Source: Ancylonema sp.
Lineage: Eukaryota
Length of the DNA stretch: 63,375 nt
Direction of reading: 5' to 3'
NCBI GenBank assembly: GCA_050230475.1
Contig: JBFLGF010000020.1
Location: forward strand, 62,001-125,375
The position numbers and the translations under genes are program-made. The first letter of the stretch is position 1, and each line of letters opens with the position of its first letter. The notes beneath the pieces were generated by a model. That model worked only from the letters and a program-made list of their open reading frames with translations, did not search any database and was not told where the DNA came from. Positions 1 through 12,560 of this stretch are shown here, piece by piece.

Positions 1-1
1 A

Positions 2-330
2 TTTGATTCAGGTGCGGAGAATGTTACCATCGGTACCAAATTTGCCAAACAACTCAAGCTCACACCACATGACCTTGATCTTGGAGAGGAATACGTAACT
101 TGAGATGGCAAATACCAACAATTTTTGGGCACCACCAAGAAAGAATATACCATCACCATTGGACATGGTAAAAACCAAACGTCGGTTAACGCAAAACTTC
201 ATTTGACACCTTCAGACAAATACGATGTTTTGTTTGGTAGTACTTTTCTAGGACCAATAGGAGGTATTACAGACCTATGGAGTCAACACTTTCATTATCA
301 CGTCGACTCACCGTGCATCAATTCCTGTCA
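2..330 (+). mobile_element. Ty3/Gypsy aspartic protease fragment (degenerate), same family as the DNMT-bearing element at 49991
   Basis: Frame 2 reads FDSGAENVTIGTKFAKQLKL...(TGA)...LGTTKKEYTITIG...KYDVLFGSTFL, with the retropepsin DSG and DVLxG motifs. Colinear with IWDRGANNVMIG...SYDVLIGAHF at ~50110-50360. Confidence 0.75.
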
Positions 331-939
331 AATACACCTTGCCACACGTAGTATCGGTGCACTGTCAGTACATGGAAGAAGGTATTACTCACACTTTTAC
401 TGACACATTTATGCAAATTCCAAACGAAGATTTGTTATATTCAACAGAAGAAGAAGACAATTTGAGAGAATTTGAGTTCCGTATTATGGAAGATGGTGTG
501 TACCATGAACCACAACATTTCCCGGATGGACCCATTGACAATGAGTACCAACCTCAGATGCATGAATGGGAAACCAATACCATGGTCTACCTTGCTGCAA
601 CCAAACATACCGACATTCGACAAGCGCATCGACCACAACTCAATGCCGCAGCCAGAACAATGGCACAAATTAATGAACACCACGCATTCAACAGTGTCAT
701 GCCTGTATGAATCGTCAGCTAGAAACCCCTTTGATTTAATCGGAATATTACAATAGTCGCACCGCTATGTTTTTCCGCCTTGTCACGACTCCGCTCCCGC
801 TTATTTTATTCCGAGCTTCGTCGGTGACCGGCGCCCTTTTATTAAAATTTCGAGTAGTCAACCTTTGACTAGCTCCCCTTTGTATTTGAATTTATTATAC
901 TACGTGTCAGACTTGTCACCAATAGCAATCGTGACCGNA

Positions 940-1040
940 TCCTTCTTCTCCTTCTTCTCCTTCTTCTCCTTCTTCTCCTTCTTCTCCTTCTTCTCCTTCT
1001 TCTCCTTCTTCTCCTTCTTCTCCTTCTTCTCCTTCTTCCC
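940..1040. repeat. (TTCTTCTCC)n 9-bp minisatellite immediately after the N at 938
   Basis: About 11 perfect copies; reverse complement of the GAAGGAGAA unit in 3160-6840. Confidence 0.95.
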
Positions 1041-1956
1041 CTTCTTTTTCAGGTTTTTGAATTTGTTTGTAGTGGGTGCACGGGTTGGGTCAAGTGGTGG
1101 TTTCTTGGCTAAAATAACTCATTTTATAAAACCCGGGTCCTTATGTATGGCCACTACGGTATGTTCGGGGCGTAGTGCCTGGAGTATAGGGAAGTAGAAA
1201 CTACCTGCTTGGTAGAGAAGGATTTGTACTTCATCGCATTTTGATATTTCGTTTTTGCCAGGCGGGTCGCGGAAACGCGCCAGCTCGGAGCCGGGCTTGC
1301 ATATTCCGTAAGCGAAGCGGGACCCACTATGCCAACCATGATATATACACCACCACAAAAGAGTCATTGCCGAGGTGAATTTATGAATGATTTCTTTTGT
1401 TCTTATTGGAAATATTGTTTTCGCAATTATGAGTGACTCTACAAACGTTTTTGCAAATTTTCCCTTATTGCGAACTTCGGCTCTATTCTCGACTTATTTT
1501 TATGAATATGTGATTGGTGTGTTGGATAGTGCGGTGATTTTTTGTACGATAGTATTTCCATCTATCAGTCAATGATCAATATGATCAATAACAAGAATCG
1601 TGTTTGTAGAATGAGAAGTAAACATTCGTTGGCATTGAGTAGGTATTACCCTGATGCGCACTACTACGAGCAAACAACAATTGTGCCAAAAATTGGATCT
1701 GATCCGAAAATTGTTGAACTATCAAATCACCTAAGCAAACATGTCAACGACTTGTGCCGGACATTTGAACATAAGTGCATACCACAAATAGCTCGATAAC
1801 GATGACATCGGATATGTGGCAACAATAGACGATCCGGTGCCCAAACGGAAAATCACGCGTGGCCCCGCATACAAACACATTTAGAGTAAGTAACCAGATA
1901 CACAAACTAGGTTTAAGTCCGGATTATCATCCGACCCCTATTCTTTGTAATTTTGT

Positions 1957-3085
1957 TTATTTTTTCTTTGGCGAAACATCATCAAGGCGAAGTTTCAAAA
2001 GGCGAAGTTCCTCTTCTAGCTTCAACTGGTTATCTCGCGCTGCATCTTTAACAAGCTGCGCGTCTTTCACTGCATTCTGGATCGCGTCTTGTGCCGCGTC
2101 CTTTACGATTTGTGCATCCCTGCGCTCGTTCACGAGCATATCTTGCGCAGAGTCCTTCACGATTTGTGCATCCCTGCGCTCGTTCAGGAGCATATCTTGC
2201 GCAGAGTCCTTCACAAGCTGGGCTTCTTTTATAGAATTGATTTTAGTATCTGCATATCCAGTAAGCAGACTCCCAAGAGCTACCAAAGTTCCAGTTGCAG
2301 CGAAGACGTATAAACTTGCCTCAATATACGGTTGAGAATTAAAACTCTTTCCGATATCGACCTCTTTCTCCCCTTTCACCTTCTCACTTTCCGCCCCCCT
2401 ATTCAAAATGAATGGGAAGGCTACCAATGCGCCGATAGCAACCACCAAGGGTACCACAACGCCTCCGAAGAAATCGACGGTTGGAACAGAAAGCGGAACA
2501 GGGATATCGACTGTTGAAACAAAAAAAAAACAATGTTGTCAGATATACCACCCTCCTAAAATATATATTGTAATGGCCGTAAATAATAACCCAGGTTTTT
2601 TAGAACGAATTAATTTACCTAACAAACCACCACAAGACCCGCGCACCCAAATTCCCCAGAATCCTAAATAATATTTCTTTTCTCGTAATCCACCTAATAC
2701 TATCACCCGTTTTTTCTTTTTTAATCGAATTATTTAATTTGACCCGACTTACCCTTATCCTAATTATTTGAGGGTCATTACATGTGGCGAGTACAGTAAG
2801 TCAACTCACAATACAACACAAAGAAAAATACGAAACAAAATAATTAGAAAGAAGAATTGCAAGAAAGTCCATACCTGAAAAAGAATGCAATCGGAATGGC
2901 ATGCCCTCAAACATCTTGCGCCTCACAAACTCTTCTCCTCCGCCAGCAGCGTTTGTTTTGAAAGATAGAAACCGCGTCCTACTTTTCGCTCTGTTTTGGA
3001 AACAACCAGTCAAAGGACGACACTTAAATGTCCAGAAGAACTGTTGTCCAACGACGGTAGTTCCAAGGTGAAATGCACACGCCAT
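1957..3085 (-). CDS. Two-exon orphan membrane protein (254 aa) with predicted plastid transit peptide, two hydrophobic helices and four 18-aa repeats
   Basis: Exon 1 3085-2875 (ATG; donor CAG|GTATGG); exon 2 2510-1957 (acceptor TTTTTTGTTTCAACAG). The phase-1 junction joins in frame (211+554=765 nt). N-terminus MACAFHLGTT...RAKSRTRFLSFKTNA is S/T/R/K-rich and lacks acidic residues. C-terminal repeats resemble DAQIVKDSAQDMLLNERR. Confidence 0.7.
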
Positions 3086-3159
3086 CGTTTGCCTATGTCA
3101 GCAACACAACGACTCCCCTTGGTTAGACACGTGCTCTCAAACAACAAGAGAAAGAGGAA

Positions 3160-6100
3160 AGCAAGACACACCCGAGGAAAAAAAAAAGAGAAAAAAAAAG
3201 GGGGAGAATTCACAAAAAGGAAAAGCAGGAGAAGCAAGAAAACAGGTGAAGAAGGGCAGCACGGGAAACACGAAAAATAATGGGAGCAGGAGAACCACGA
3301 GAACCAAGAAAATAAGGACAAACAAAACAAGCAAGAGAAAAAGGAGAAGAAGGAGAAGAGGGAGAAGATGGAGAAGAGAGAGGGAAAAAAAAAAAACAAG
3401 AACGAGAAGGAGAAGCAGAAGGAGAAAAAGGAGGGGAAAAAAAGAAAGAGACGGGGAGAAGAGGACAAAGGGAGAAAACGAGAAAGTGAAAAGAAGGAGA
3501 GGAAGGAGAAGAAGGAGAAGCAGGACAAGAAAGAGAAGCAGGAAAAACAAAAAAAACATAGAGAAGAAGGAGAAGAGAAGGAAGATGGAAAAGAAAGAGA
3601 TAAAGGAGTAGAAGGAGAAGAAGGAGAAAAGGAAAGAAAAAAAGAGGTGAAAGGTTAAATGGGAAAAAAGGAGAAGTAGGAGAAAAGGGAGAAGAAGGAG
3701 AGCAAGGAGAAAAGGAGAAGAAGGAGAAGGAGGAGACACAAGAGAACAAGAGAAGTGGTTGAAGAAGTAGAAGCATGAGAAGCAAGATACGGAAAAAAAC
3801 GCTCGAGAAACATGAGAAGTACAAGGAGGGAAAAAAGGAGGTTAACAAAAAGAAGAAGGAGAAGAGGGACAAGATAGGGAAGAGAGAGAAAGATAGAAGA
3901 AGAAGAAGGACAAGAAACAAAAGAAGTAGAAGAGGGAGAAGAAGAATGAGCACGAGAAGCAGGAGAAGCAAGAGAAGGAGGAGAAGAGGGATAAGAAGGA
4001 AAAGAAGGAGAAGCACAAGAAGGAGAAGAAGAAGGAGAAGAAGGAGAAGAAGGAGAAGAAAGAGAACGCGAAGAAGGAGAAGAAGGAGAAGAAGGAGAAG
4101 CACAAGACGCAAAAGAAGCATTAGAAGCACGAGGAGGAGGAGAAGTGGGAGAAGTAGGAGAAGTGTGAATAGCACGAGAAGCAAGATAAACAAAACAAAA
4201 CAAAAAAAACAAAAAAAAAACAAAAAAAACAAAAAAAACAAAAAGTTGCAGAAACACGAGAAGTTGGAATAAACAGAGAAGAAGGAGAAGAAGGAGAAGA
4301 AGGAGAGGCAAAAGAAACACGAGAAAGAGGTGAAGCAAGAGAAGCATGACACGAGAAGAAGGAGAGGCACAAGCGGGAGAAGCAAGAGAAAAAGGAGAAG
4401 AAGAAAAAGAGAAGGAGTAAAAGAAAAACAAGGAGCACAAGGAGCAAAAGGAGCAGAAGGAGGAGATGACGAGAAGGATGAAGAAGGAGAAAAAGAAGAA
4501 GGAGAAGAAGGGGGAGAAGAAAGAGAAGAAGGAGAAGAAGATGAAGAAAGAGAAGGAGAAGAAGGAGAAGAAGGAAAAGAAGAAGAAGCAAAAGAAACTC
4601 GAAAAACACGTGAAGCAAGTGAAGTAGGAGAAGCATGACAAAAGAAGGAGTTGCACGAGAAGCAGTTGAAGTATGAGAAGCACAAGAAGAAGAAAAAGGA
4701 GAAGAAGGAAAAAGAGGAGAAGAACCAGAAGAAGGAGAAGCACAAGAAGCAAGAGAAGCAGGAGAGGCAGGACGGCACGAGAAGAAAATGAAGTATGAGA
4801 AGCACAAGAAGATGGAGAGGAAGGAAGAGTAGCAAGGAAGCAAGCGAAGATACAAAAGCACGAGAAGCACGAAAAGTAGGAGAAGAACGAGAAGCACAAG
4901 AAGCACGAGAAGCACGAAAAGCAAGAGAAGCGAGAGAAGCAAGATAAGACTGTAAGAAGAAGAGAAGGTGAATAAGGAATGAAAGAGGAAAAAGGAGCAT
5001 GAGGAGCAAAAAGAAAAGGAGGAGATGAGTTGAAGGATGAGGAGGAAGAGGAGGTGGAGGAGATGGAGGAGTAGGAGGAGGAGGAGGAGGAGGATGAGAA
5101 GGAGGAGGAGGAGGAGGAGGAGAAACGGCTGGAGAAGGAGAAGAAGGAGAAGAAAACGAAGCAGGAGAAGCTCGAGCACCACAAGACGAAGGGAAAGCCG
5201 GAGAAGCAAGAGAATCATGTGAATAAGGAGAAGCACGAGTGGCAAGAGAAGTAACAGAAGCAAGAAAAGCTAGAGGAGAAGGAAGAAAAGGAGAAAGGAG
5301 GAGAAGAAGAAGGAAAGAAGGAGAAGAAGGAGAAGAGGAGAGTAGGAGGGAAGGAGAGAAGGAAAAGAAGGAGAAGAAGAAGCAAAAGGAGAAGAAGGAG
5401 AAGATGGAGAAGAAGGAGAAGAAGGAAATGGAGAGAAGAAGGAGGGGAAGGAGAAGAGGGAGAAGAAGGAAAAGTAAGAGAAGCAATCGAAGCAGGAAAA
5501 GCACGAGAAGCAGGAGAAGCAAGAGAAGCACCACGAGAAAAAGGAGAAGAAGGAGAAGATGGAGAAGAAGGAGAAGAAGGAGAAGAAGGAAAAGAAGGAA
5601 AATGAGGGAAAGCACAAGAGTAGGGAAAAAAAAGCAAGAGAAGGAGCACTAGCAAGAGGGGCCACGAAGACAAGGAGAAGAAGAACGCAAAGCACGAGAA
5701 GCCGAAGAAGCAAGAGAAGCAAGTGAACCAGCCAAAGTACGAGAAGCAAGAGAAGCTCGAGAAGTATGACAAGGGGGAAAAGCAAAAGAAGGAGGAGAAG
5801 AACGAGAGAAAGGAGGAAAAGGATAAGAAGGAGAAGATGGAGAAAAAGGAGAAGCACGTGAACGAGGAGAAGTAGGAGTAGCAAGAGAAGTAGGAGAAGG
5901 AGGAGAAGGAGGGGAGAATGAAAAGAAGGAGAAGAAGGAGAAGAAGGGGAAGAAGGGAAGAAGGAGAAGAAGGAATAAAGGAGAGGAATGAGAAGAAGGA
6001 GAGATGCACGTGAAGCAAGAGAAGCGGGAGAAGCCGGAGAAGGAGGAAAAGAAGAGAAAAGGAGAGAAGGAGAGAACAAGAAGAAGGAGAAGGAGGAGAA

Positions 6101-6840
6101 GAAGAAGGAGAGGAAGGAGAAGAAGAAGAGAAGGAGAGAAGGAGGAGGAGAAGAAGGAGAAGAAGGAGAAGAAGGAGAAGCAAGAGGAGCACGAGAAGCA
6201 AGAGAAGCAGGAGAAGAAGGGGAAGAAGGAGAAGCAAGAGAAGAAGGAGGAAAAAGAGGAACGGGAGGAGTGGGAGAAGTGGGAGAAGCGGGAGAAGCAC
6301 GAGGAGCAAGAGACAGGAGAATAAGGAGAAGAAGGAGAAGAAGAAGAGGAAGGAGAAGAAGGGGAGAAGAAGGAGAAGAAGGAGAAGAAGGAGAAGAAGG
6401 GGAAGAAGGGGAAGAAGGGGAAGAAGGAGAAGAAGGAGAAGAAGGAGAAGAAGGAGAAGAAGGAAAAGAAGGAGAAGAAGGAGAAGAAGGAGAAGAAGGA
6501 GAAGCAGGAGAAGCAGGAGAAGGGGGGAAGGGGAGAAGGGGAGAAGGGGATAAGAAGGAGAAGAAGGAGAAGAAGGAGAAGAAGAAGGAGAAGAAGGAGA
6601 GAAGAAGGAGAAGAAGAAGAAGAACGAGAAGAAGGGGAAGAAGGGGAAGAAGGGGAAGAAGGAGAAGAAGGAGGAGAAGGAGAAGAAGGAGAAGTAGGAG
6701 AAGAAGGAGAAGAAAGAGAAGAAGGAGAAGAAAGAGAAGAAAGAGAATAGGGAAGGGGAGAAGGGGAGAAGGGAAGAAGGGGAGAAGGGGAGAAGAAGGA
6801 GAAGAAGGAGAAGAAGGAGAAGAAGGAGAAGAAAGAAGAA
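3160..6840. repeat. ~3.7 kb polypurine low-complexity array based on (GAAGGAGAA)n / (GAAGCACGA)n
   Basis: The + strand is almost all G/A with a degenerate 9-bp period. The long ORFs here are low-complexity artefacts. Confidence 0.95.
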
Positions 6841-7995
6841 ACTAATATAATAGATGGAGATGCATCACTAAATAATTATAAAAATGGATGGCGCAAAAAA
6901 GTGGCGCGATGGTCATAATTATATGTGGGCAACTTTGCTGGAAAATAATTACCCGATTAAATTCTACTTTTGGTTTTTATAAAGTAACCAGAATCAAATC
7001 TATGTGGGATTTGGGGATGAATGGGGAAGAATGGGTTTGCCCGCAATGAGTTGTCTATTTCTTTCTGAAGTGCAGATCCGGTTATTCACCTTGACTGTTT
7101 ATACCGGGATGTTCTCTCTTTGCGTCTCTTCGTCTCTTTGCTGACCACGGAACAGTAATCACAAAGCGATCACTGTGTGTTTTGAATCTGTCAAAAGAGA
7201 AATCAATTATGTATTCAGATGGTCGTACAAGGAAGAAAGCGATAAAAGAGAACATCGTACCTGCATCAGGAAATGTATTTTTAGCCAAGGCATGGTGTTG
7301 ACAAATCAATCATTACATTACAGACTGAGGTTCATGTATGAATATTGGTTTAGAAAAATCTGCCCCTCAAGGCTGGAGCCGGGAAATACCCGGGAAAATT
7401 TTAGACCACAGGTACGACTTGTCAGCTTATTCGTTTACACCGCCACTCTCTCTTCTTGCGTCTCTGCGTCAACAATCGCTAACCACAATTTTCGTCGCGT
7501 CTACATCCACTCTCCAGTCTCCTCTTGGTCTGAGTCTGTCAGTCGAGAGGTGAAAGATGTGTTTAAATTTCCGTACCAGGGGCCAGAACGTTCGAAGGAA
7601 CCCGAATCAGACGTTTTCTGACATTCAATCTTTTTTATATTAGTATGAAGATGAGCAGGTGCACAGTCTGAATTGACGTAAAAGTAAACACGCAGGTCAA
7701 ATATTGGTTAAGAGTAGTATGCCTCTGAAATGTCCAATATCGAACGGAAATGTCAAGGAAACCTGACAGATGTCAAATTACCCACGCGGTAGACTTTACG
7801 GCATACCCTGCCTACCAGCCCCTGGGCCCGCCAGTGCCTACTTAGCGGCCAGGAGCACTATCTGTTCAGCTCATATTTTTGCAAAAACTAGAATGATTAT
7901 GCGGATAAATAGTTATTCTTCCCCCAAACTTGTAGTGCAATATGCAACATATTCAACTATGTGGCATCCAGAATGAAATGGGATGGTGAAGAAGG
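6841..7995. repeat. Copy A of a diverged local duplication (paralogue of 8553-9860)
   Basis: Shared blocks such as 'gggatgaatggggaagaatgggtttgcc', 'gatggtcgtacaaggaagaaagcgat' and 'cccccaaacttgtagtgcaata'. Copy A lacks about 200 bp present at ~9395-9595. Confidence 0.9.
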
Positions 7996-8229
7996 ACCGC
8001 GGCCACTTTTATCGAAACCGGTTCCATCTAATATCCGGTACGGAAACGGTTCGGAGTTCGTGCAACTATGCAAATTGTCCATTTGCGATAGCAATCGCAC
8101 ATGTGACTTGTGGTAACCTCCATTGGCATTCCGTAAAACTATTGTGAACTCGATAATCGTGGAAAAATCTAAGAGCATCCAGAGATTATACAAAATTTCC
8201 GTTAGCGTACAAAAGTGCAAAATAATCCG

Positions 8230-8552
8230 AGAAGGAGGAGAAGGAGGAGAAGCATGAGAAGAAGGAGAAGAAGGAGAAGCAAGGGAAGCAGGAGAAGAAG
8301 GAAAAGAAGGAGAGGAAGGAGAAGAACGAGAAGGAGAAGATGGAGAAGAAAAAGAAGAAGAAGAAGAAGAAGAAGAAGGGGAGAAGGGGAGAAGAAGGAG
8401 AAGAAGGAGACGAAGGAGAAGAAGGAGAAGAAGGAGAAGAAAGAGAAGAAGGAGAAGAATGAGAAGAAGGAGAAGAAGGAGAAGAAGGAGAAGAAGGAGA
8501 AGGAGTAGAAGGAGAAGGAGTAGAAGGAGAAGAAGGAAAAGAAGAAAGAAGA
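8230..8552. repeat. (GAAGGAGAA)n array
   Basis: Same 9-mer as 3160-6840; precedes duplicated copy B. Confidence 0.95.
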
Positions 8553-9930
8553 AACTAATGCAGTTGTTGGAGATGCACCACAAAATAATTATAATGGATG
8601 GCGCAAGAAATTAACATGGAATAATTATTTGGGCTATTTTGGGAAGTTTTGACGCAATTAAATAATTACCCGATTAAATTTCACCTTGGTTTTTTGTAAA
8701 GTAATCATAATCAAATCCACGTGGGGTTTTGGGATGAATGGGGAAGAATGGGTTTGCCGGCAGCAGTCTATTTCTTTCTGAAGTGCAGATCCGGTAACTT
8801 ACCTTGTCCGTTTATACCGGGATGTTCTCTCTTTGCGAATCTTCGTCTCTTCGCTGACCACGGGAACAGTATTCACGACGTGATCACTGTCTGTTTTGAA
8901 TCTTTCGAAAGAGAAATCAATGATGTATTCAGATGGTCGTACAAGGAAGAAAGCGATGAAAGAGAACATCGTACCTACATCAGAAAATGTATCTTTTAGC
9001 CATGTTATGGTGTTGACAAATAAACCATTACATTACAGATTGAGGTTTATGTATGAATATTTGTTTAGAAAAGTCAGCCTCTCAATGCTGGTCCCGGGAA
9101 AGTTTTCCTTATTTTTAGACCACAGGTACGAGTTGTCACCTTATTCGTTTACACCACCATTCTCTCTTCTTGCGTCTCTGCGTCACTGACCTCAAATTTC
9201 GTCGCGTCTGTATCCACTGAGAGGTGAAAGATGTGTTTAAATTTCCGTACCAGGGGCCAGAACGTTTGAAGGAACCCGTATCAGACGTTTTCTGACATTC
9301 ATTCTTTTTTATATTAATATGAAGATGAGCAGGCGCACACTCTGAATTGACGTAAAAGTAAACACGCAGGTCAAATATTGGTTAAGAATAGTCTGCCTCG
9401 TAGGTTCTTTCGCACGCTACCCATGCGTAAAGGATTTGTTCACAATGAGGTCCTCCACATCTTCCGCAATATGAAGGATGCGGGAAAGGTTTTCACCTTT
9501 CACATCTGTAGGGGGAAAAAAAAAAGTAAAAAAAAGTGGCGAATTCAAAACACGAAACCACAAACAGGACCTACGAGGACAAAGATTTCCAAACAAATAT
9601 CGAACGGAAATGTGAAGGAAACCTGACAGATGTCAAATTACCAACGCAGTAGACTTCACAGCATACCCTGCCTGCCAGCCCCTGGCCCCGCCATTGCCTA
9701 CTTAGCAGTCAGGGGCACTATCTTTTCAGCTCATATTTTCGAAAAAACAAGAATGATTATGCTGATAAATATTTGTTCTTCCCCCAAACTTGTAGTGCAA
9801 TATCCAACATATTCAACTGTGTGGCGTCCAGAATCACATGGGATGGTGAAGAAGGATTACCTGGCGACGACTGGTGAATAAGAGCACTTGATGGGATTTG
9901 TGCCTGCACTTCCGTTGCAGTTGCTTTGAA
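8553..9930 (-). pseudogene. Copy B of the duplication; degenerate intron-containing gene remnant of unknown family
   Basis: Minus-strand donor (CAG|GTTTCC, ~9622) and acceptor (TTTTTTCCCCCTACAG, ~9508) flank protein-like but stop-interrupted frames. Confidence 0.35.
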
Positions 9931-9934
9931 GCTA

Positions 9935-10107
9935 CAGTGAAACCTGTCTTAATTTATACTGTGCTAATTAATAACCTGTCTTAACTAATTGAAAATTTAC
10001 CGCCCGATTTCCGGTCACCACCCAAAATCTGACGCGTTAATTAATAACCTTTCTTAATTGATAATATTTTCCGGTCCCGACTGTATTAATTAAGACAGGT
10101 TTTACTG
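9935..10107. mobile_element. Tc1/mariner-pogo type MITE (173 bp)
   Basis: TIRs CAGTGAAACCTGTCTTAATT / AATTAAGACAGGTTTTACTG; TA target duplication at 9933-9934 and 10108-10109. Confidence 0.85.
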
Positions 10108-10780
10108 TAATAAGAGAGGTGAGGCACCGATGTTCGAACGGGTCAAAAGAAGTTGAAGAACGGTAGAAGCTGGTGAGCGGCAGAATGTAGGCGATCAAAA
10201 ACCCGTCCATCACGGCTTTGCCGTGTTGGCGTGTCGGTATCTAGCCGTGCCGGCAATAGTCCGACCTGGCGTGTCGGAACTGCAACCGTATCCGTCAAAT
10301 TGATTTCTGGCCAACTCGGCAGCTGTCGTTGCTTCTTTCATCACCTTCTGTATGACTACTGGACTCCTGATCGATGGCTAACGATGCGTAGTGTCACACG
10401 ATTTGCGAGAGGACAACCACTATTCTCTTCTTTGATTCTTACGCAACTTGGAGTTGTCTTCGTAGGCCACGTGGCATCGCTGCGACTGCTTGTTTACCGA
10501 CCAAGAAGTTTAGAAACCTGTGGCGCCCCACAGTAGATTTTAAATTTGCCATGTCACCAATCGGAACCATGCTACTCGCGCGGCCACATTCAGGAACCGA
10601 TAATCTTCTTGTCAGAAACTTCACTTCATCGGTTCAGCACAGGTATTCCGTGCGCACTTGCAAGCAGACATCCTCAATTTCGCCCCTGACTTCTTCAAAC
10701 TCACCTTCATTTTCGCCCCCGGTTTCCTTATCTGTCTTTTGCCGCTGCAGTCCTGAGGGACCTCCTGCCAGAGTCTCTTT

Positions 10781-12140
10781 TCCTTCTGTGAATCTTAGCC
10801 AACCCCGTTACAGCGAACACAGATCGAAGAATCGTTATCTCAAAGGAAGCTCTGGCGCGACAGATGTACCTGGGCAGTCAAATGCAGAGGAAGAAACTTC
10901 CGGGGACTTTCATGCTCCACCCAGTGCCAGCTGGCGGACTCTTGGCGTTTCAGAAAGCGTTTCATTGGCTCTAGAAGCTGCTGGTCTGAGTCACCCTTCT
11001 TCTGTCCAGGTACACCGCCTGACTTTAGGGTCCTTTGACTAAAGGGTTAATGAAAGTAGGGACTCTGCTTACGCCGGGTGAAGCATGTCTTTCTTATCAT
11101 CTGAAGGAGGGTCCAGAACCGTTTGAATATCTGGTTATGTCAATTTTACAAATGAGTACCACCTTCCCTTCACATATTCACTGATTATAAGCTTTGCACC
11201 CGAAACGTCAACGTGCAACCGAAACCTTCAATTTATTAAACCCTAAAAAAACCCAAACCTTATAGTGTACTCTTCAAACCTCCAACTCCAGCTCGAAACC
11301 ATTAACATCAAATCTCAATATCGAAACCTTAATACTTAACACTAAACCCTAACCTTGATCCTCAAACTTCAAACCTCACCTGTTCTGTCTCCGGGGCCCT
11401 GGCAGCATCCATTCCCGCCATAGCCTCCGGCAGTGACGTCATCCTCGCGGCACAAACGGGCAGCGGCAAAACTCACGCCTACCTCGTCCCCCTCCTGGAC
11501 CGCATACTGCACCTCCCAACTGCAGCTGGCCCAACTTCGCCCCCTGTCACCGAGCAGGGGGGGGTATCCCAGGGCGGATGGGGTGATGGGGGGGAATGGG
11601 GGGGAGGGGCAGCGTGGGGGGGAGAGGCAGCAGAGGGCGGAGGTTGGGGGAGAGGGTGGGGGAGGGGGGGGGGGGTGGGGCGGGGGTTTGCCCTGGTTCT
11701 GTGCCCCAACGCCCTGCTGTGTCAGCAGGTGGTGCACATGGCGGGGGCCCTGCGGTCGCCCAGGGGGGACCCCTTGGTGAAAGTGACTTCGCTGACGGGG
11801 GGGGAGGTGAGAGGGGCGGCGGGGATTCGGGGGTTCTGGGGGTTTGAGGTTTCGGGTTTCGTATGGTTGTATGGTGCAGAGTTGAGAGTTTTGTGGGGTT
11901 TAGGTCGCAGGGTTTGTAGGGATGAAAGTTTAGGAGTTGGGGAGGGAGTGAGTGGTCGGGCTGGGGTTTGTTAAGGTTCAAGTGGGGTTAACCCCATAAC
12001 CCTGATAACCCTTAATCCTCAATCTCGAGGAAAATATCCTGATTGAACCCTGATCCCGAAAACAGGGTTAAAACCCTAGGGATATGGGTTAACCCTGATT
12101 TAATCCGATAACCCTAGGGTTATCGGGGTTAACCAGGGTT
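10781..12140. repeat. Copy 1 of a ~1.4 kb duplication (copy 2 at 13891-15260)
   Basis: Appears identical to 13891-14890 for ~1 kb (offset 3110), then diverges. Confidence 0.95.
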
Positions 12141-12560
12141 AATCAGGGTCAATCAGGGTTAAAATAGGGTTAATCAGGGTTATCTAAGGGCTAATTTTGC
12201 CGCTACTGCCGCCGCCGCTGCTGGGACGGGTACTTCCGGGTAAATATAAACTTGTCTGCACTTGTTTGTATATGTTGCGCCTATTAATAACTTGTCTGAA
12301 TTTATAGAAAATATTCCACCCGATCTTCCACCCAATTTCGGGTGGTGAATTCCTGAAATCTGACGTGTTAATATATAACTTGTCCGGTTTTTTTTGTTTT
12401 GGTTTCGTCATATCAATTCTGACAGGTATTTCAGGGTTAGTAACTCTAGGGTTAATCAGGGATATGAGGATCATTCAAGCTATTCCGGGTTGATCAGGGT
12501 TAATAACGGTCAATCAGGGTTAATCAGGATTTTTCAGGGTTGAATGGGTTTCTCAGGGTT
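11980..12560. repeat. Degenerate CAGGGTTAAT/AACCCTGAT repeat field (telomere-like or transposon subterminal motifs)
   Basis: Many AGGGTT/AACCCT motifs in both orientations, e.g. 'cagggttaatcagggtcaatcagggttaaaatagggttaatcagggt'. Confidence 0.6.

Noticed and set aside
2030..2230. CRISPR-like array
   Set aside because: In-frame 54-bp coding repeats without unique spacers, in a eukaryotic context.
3010..6845. Very long ORFs (up to 801 aa) rich in L/F/S or R/E/K
   Set aside because: Products of the GA-rich array, which lacks stops in most frames; no domain content.
10140..11100. Protein-coding gene
   Set aside because: Protein-like composition on -, but multiple stops in every frame and no recognisable motif.
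11980..12560. True telomere
   Set aside because: Internal, degenerate and in mixed orientation; not tandem TTTAGGG.
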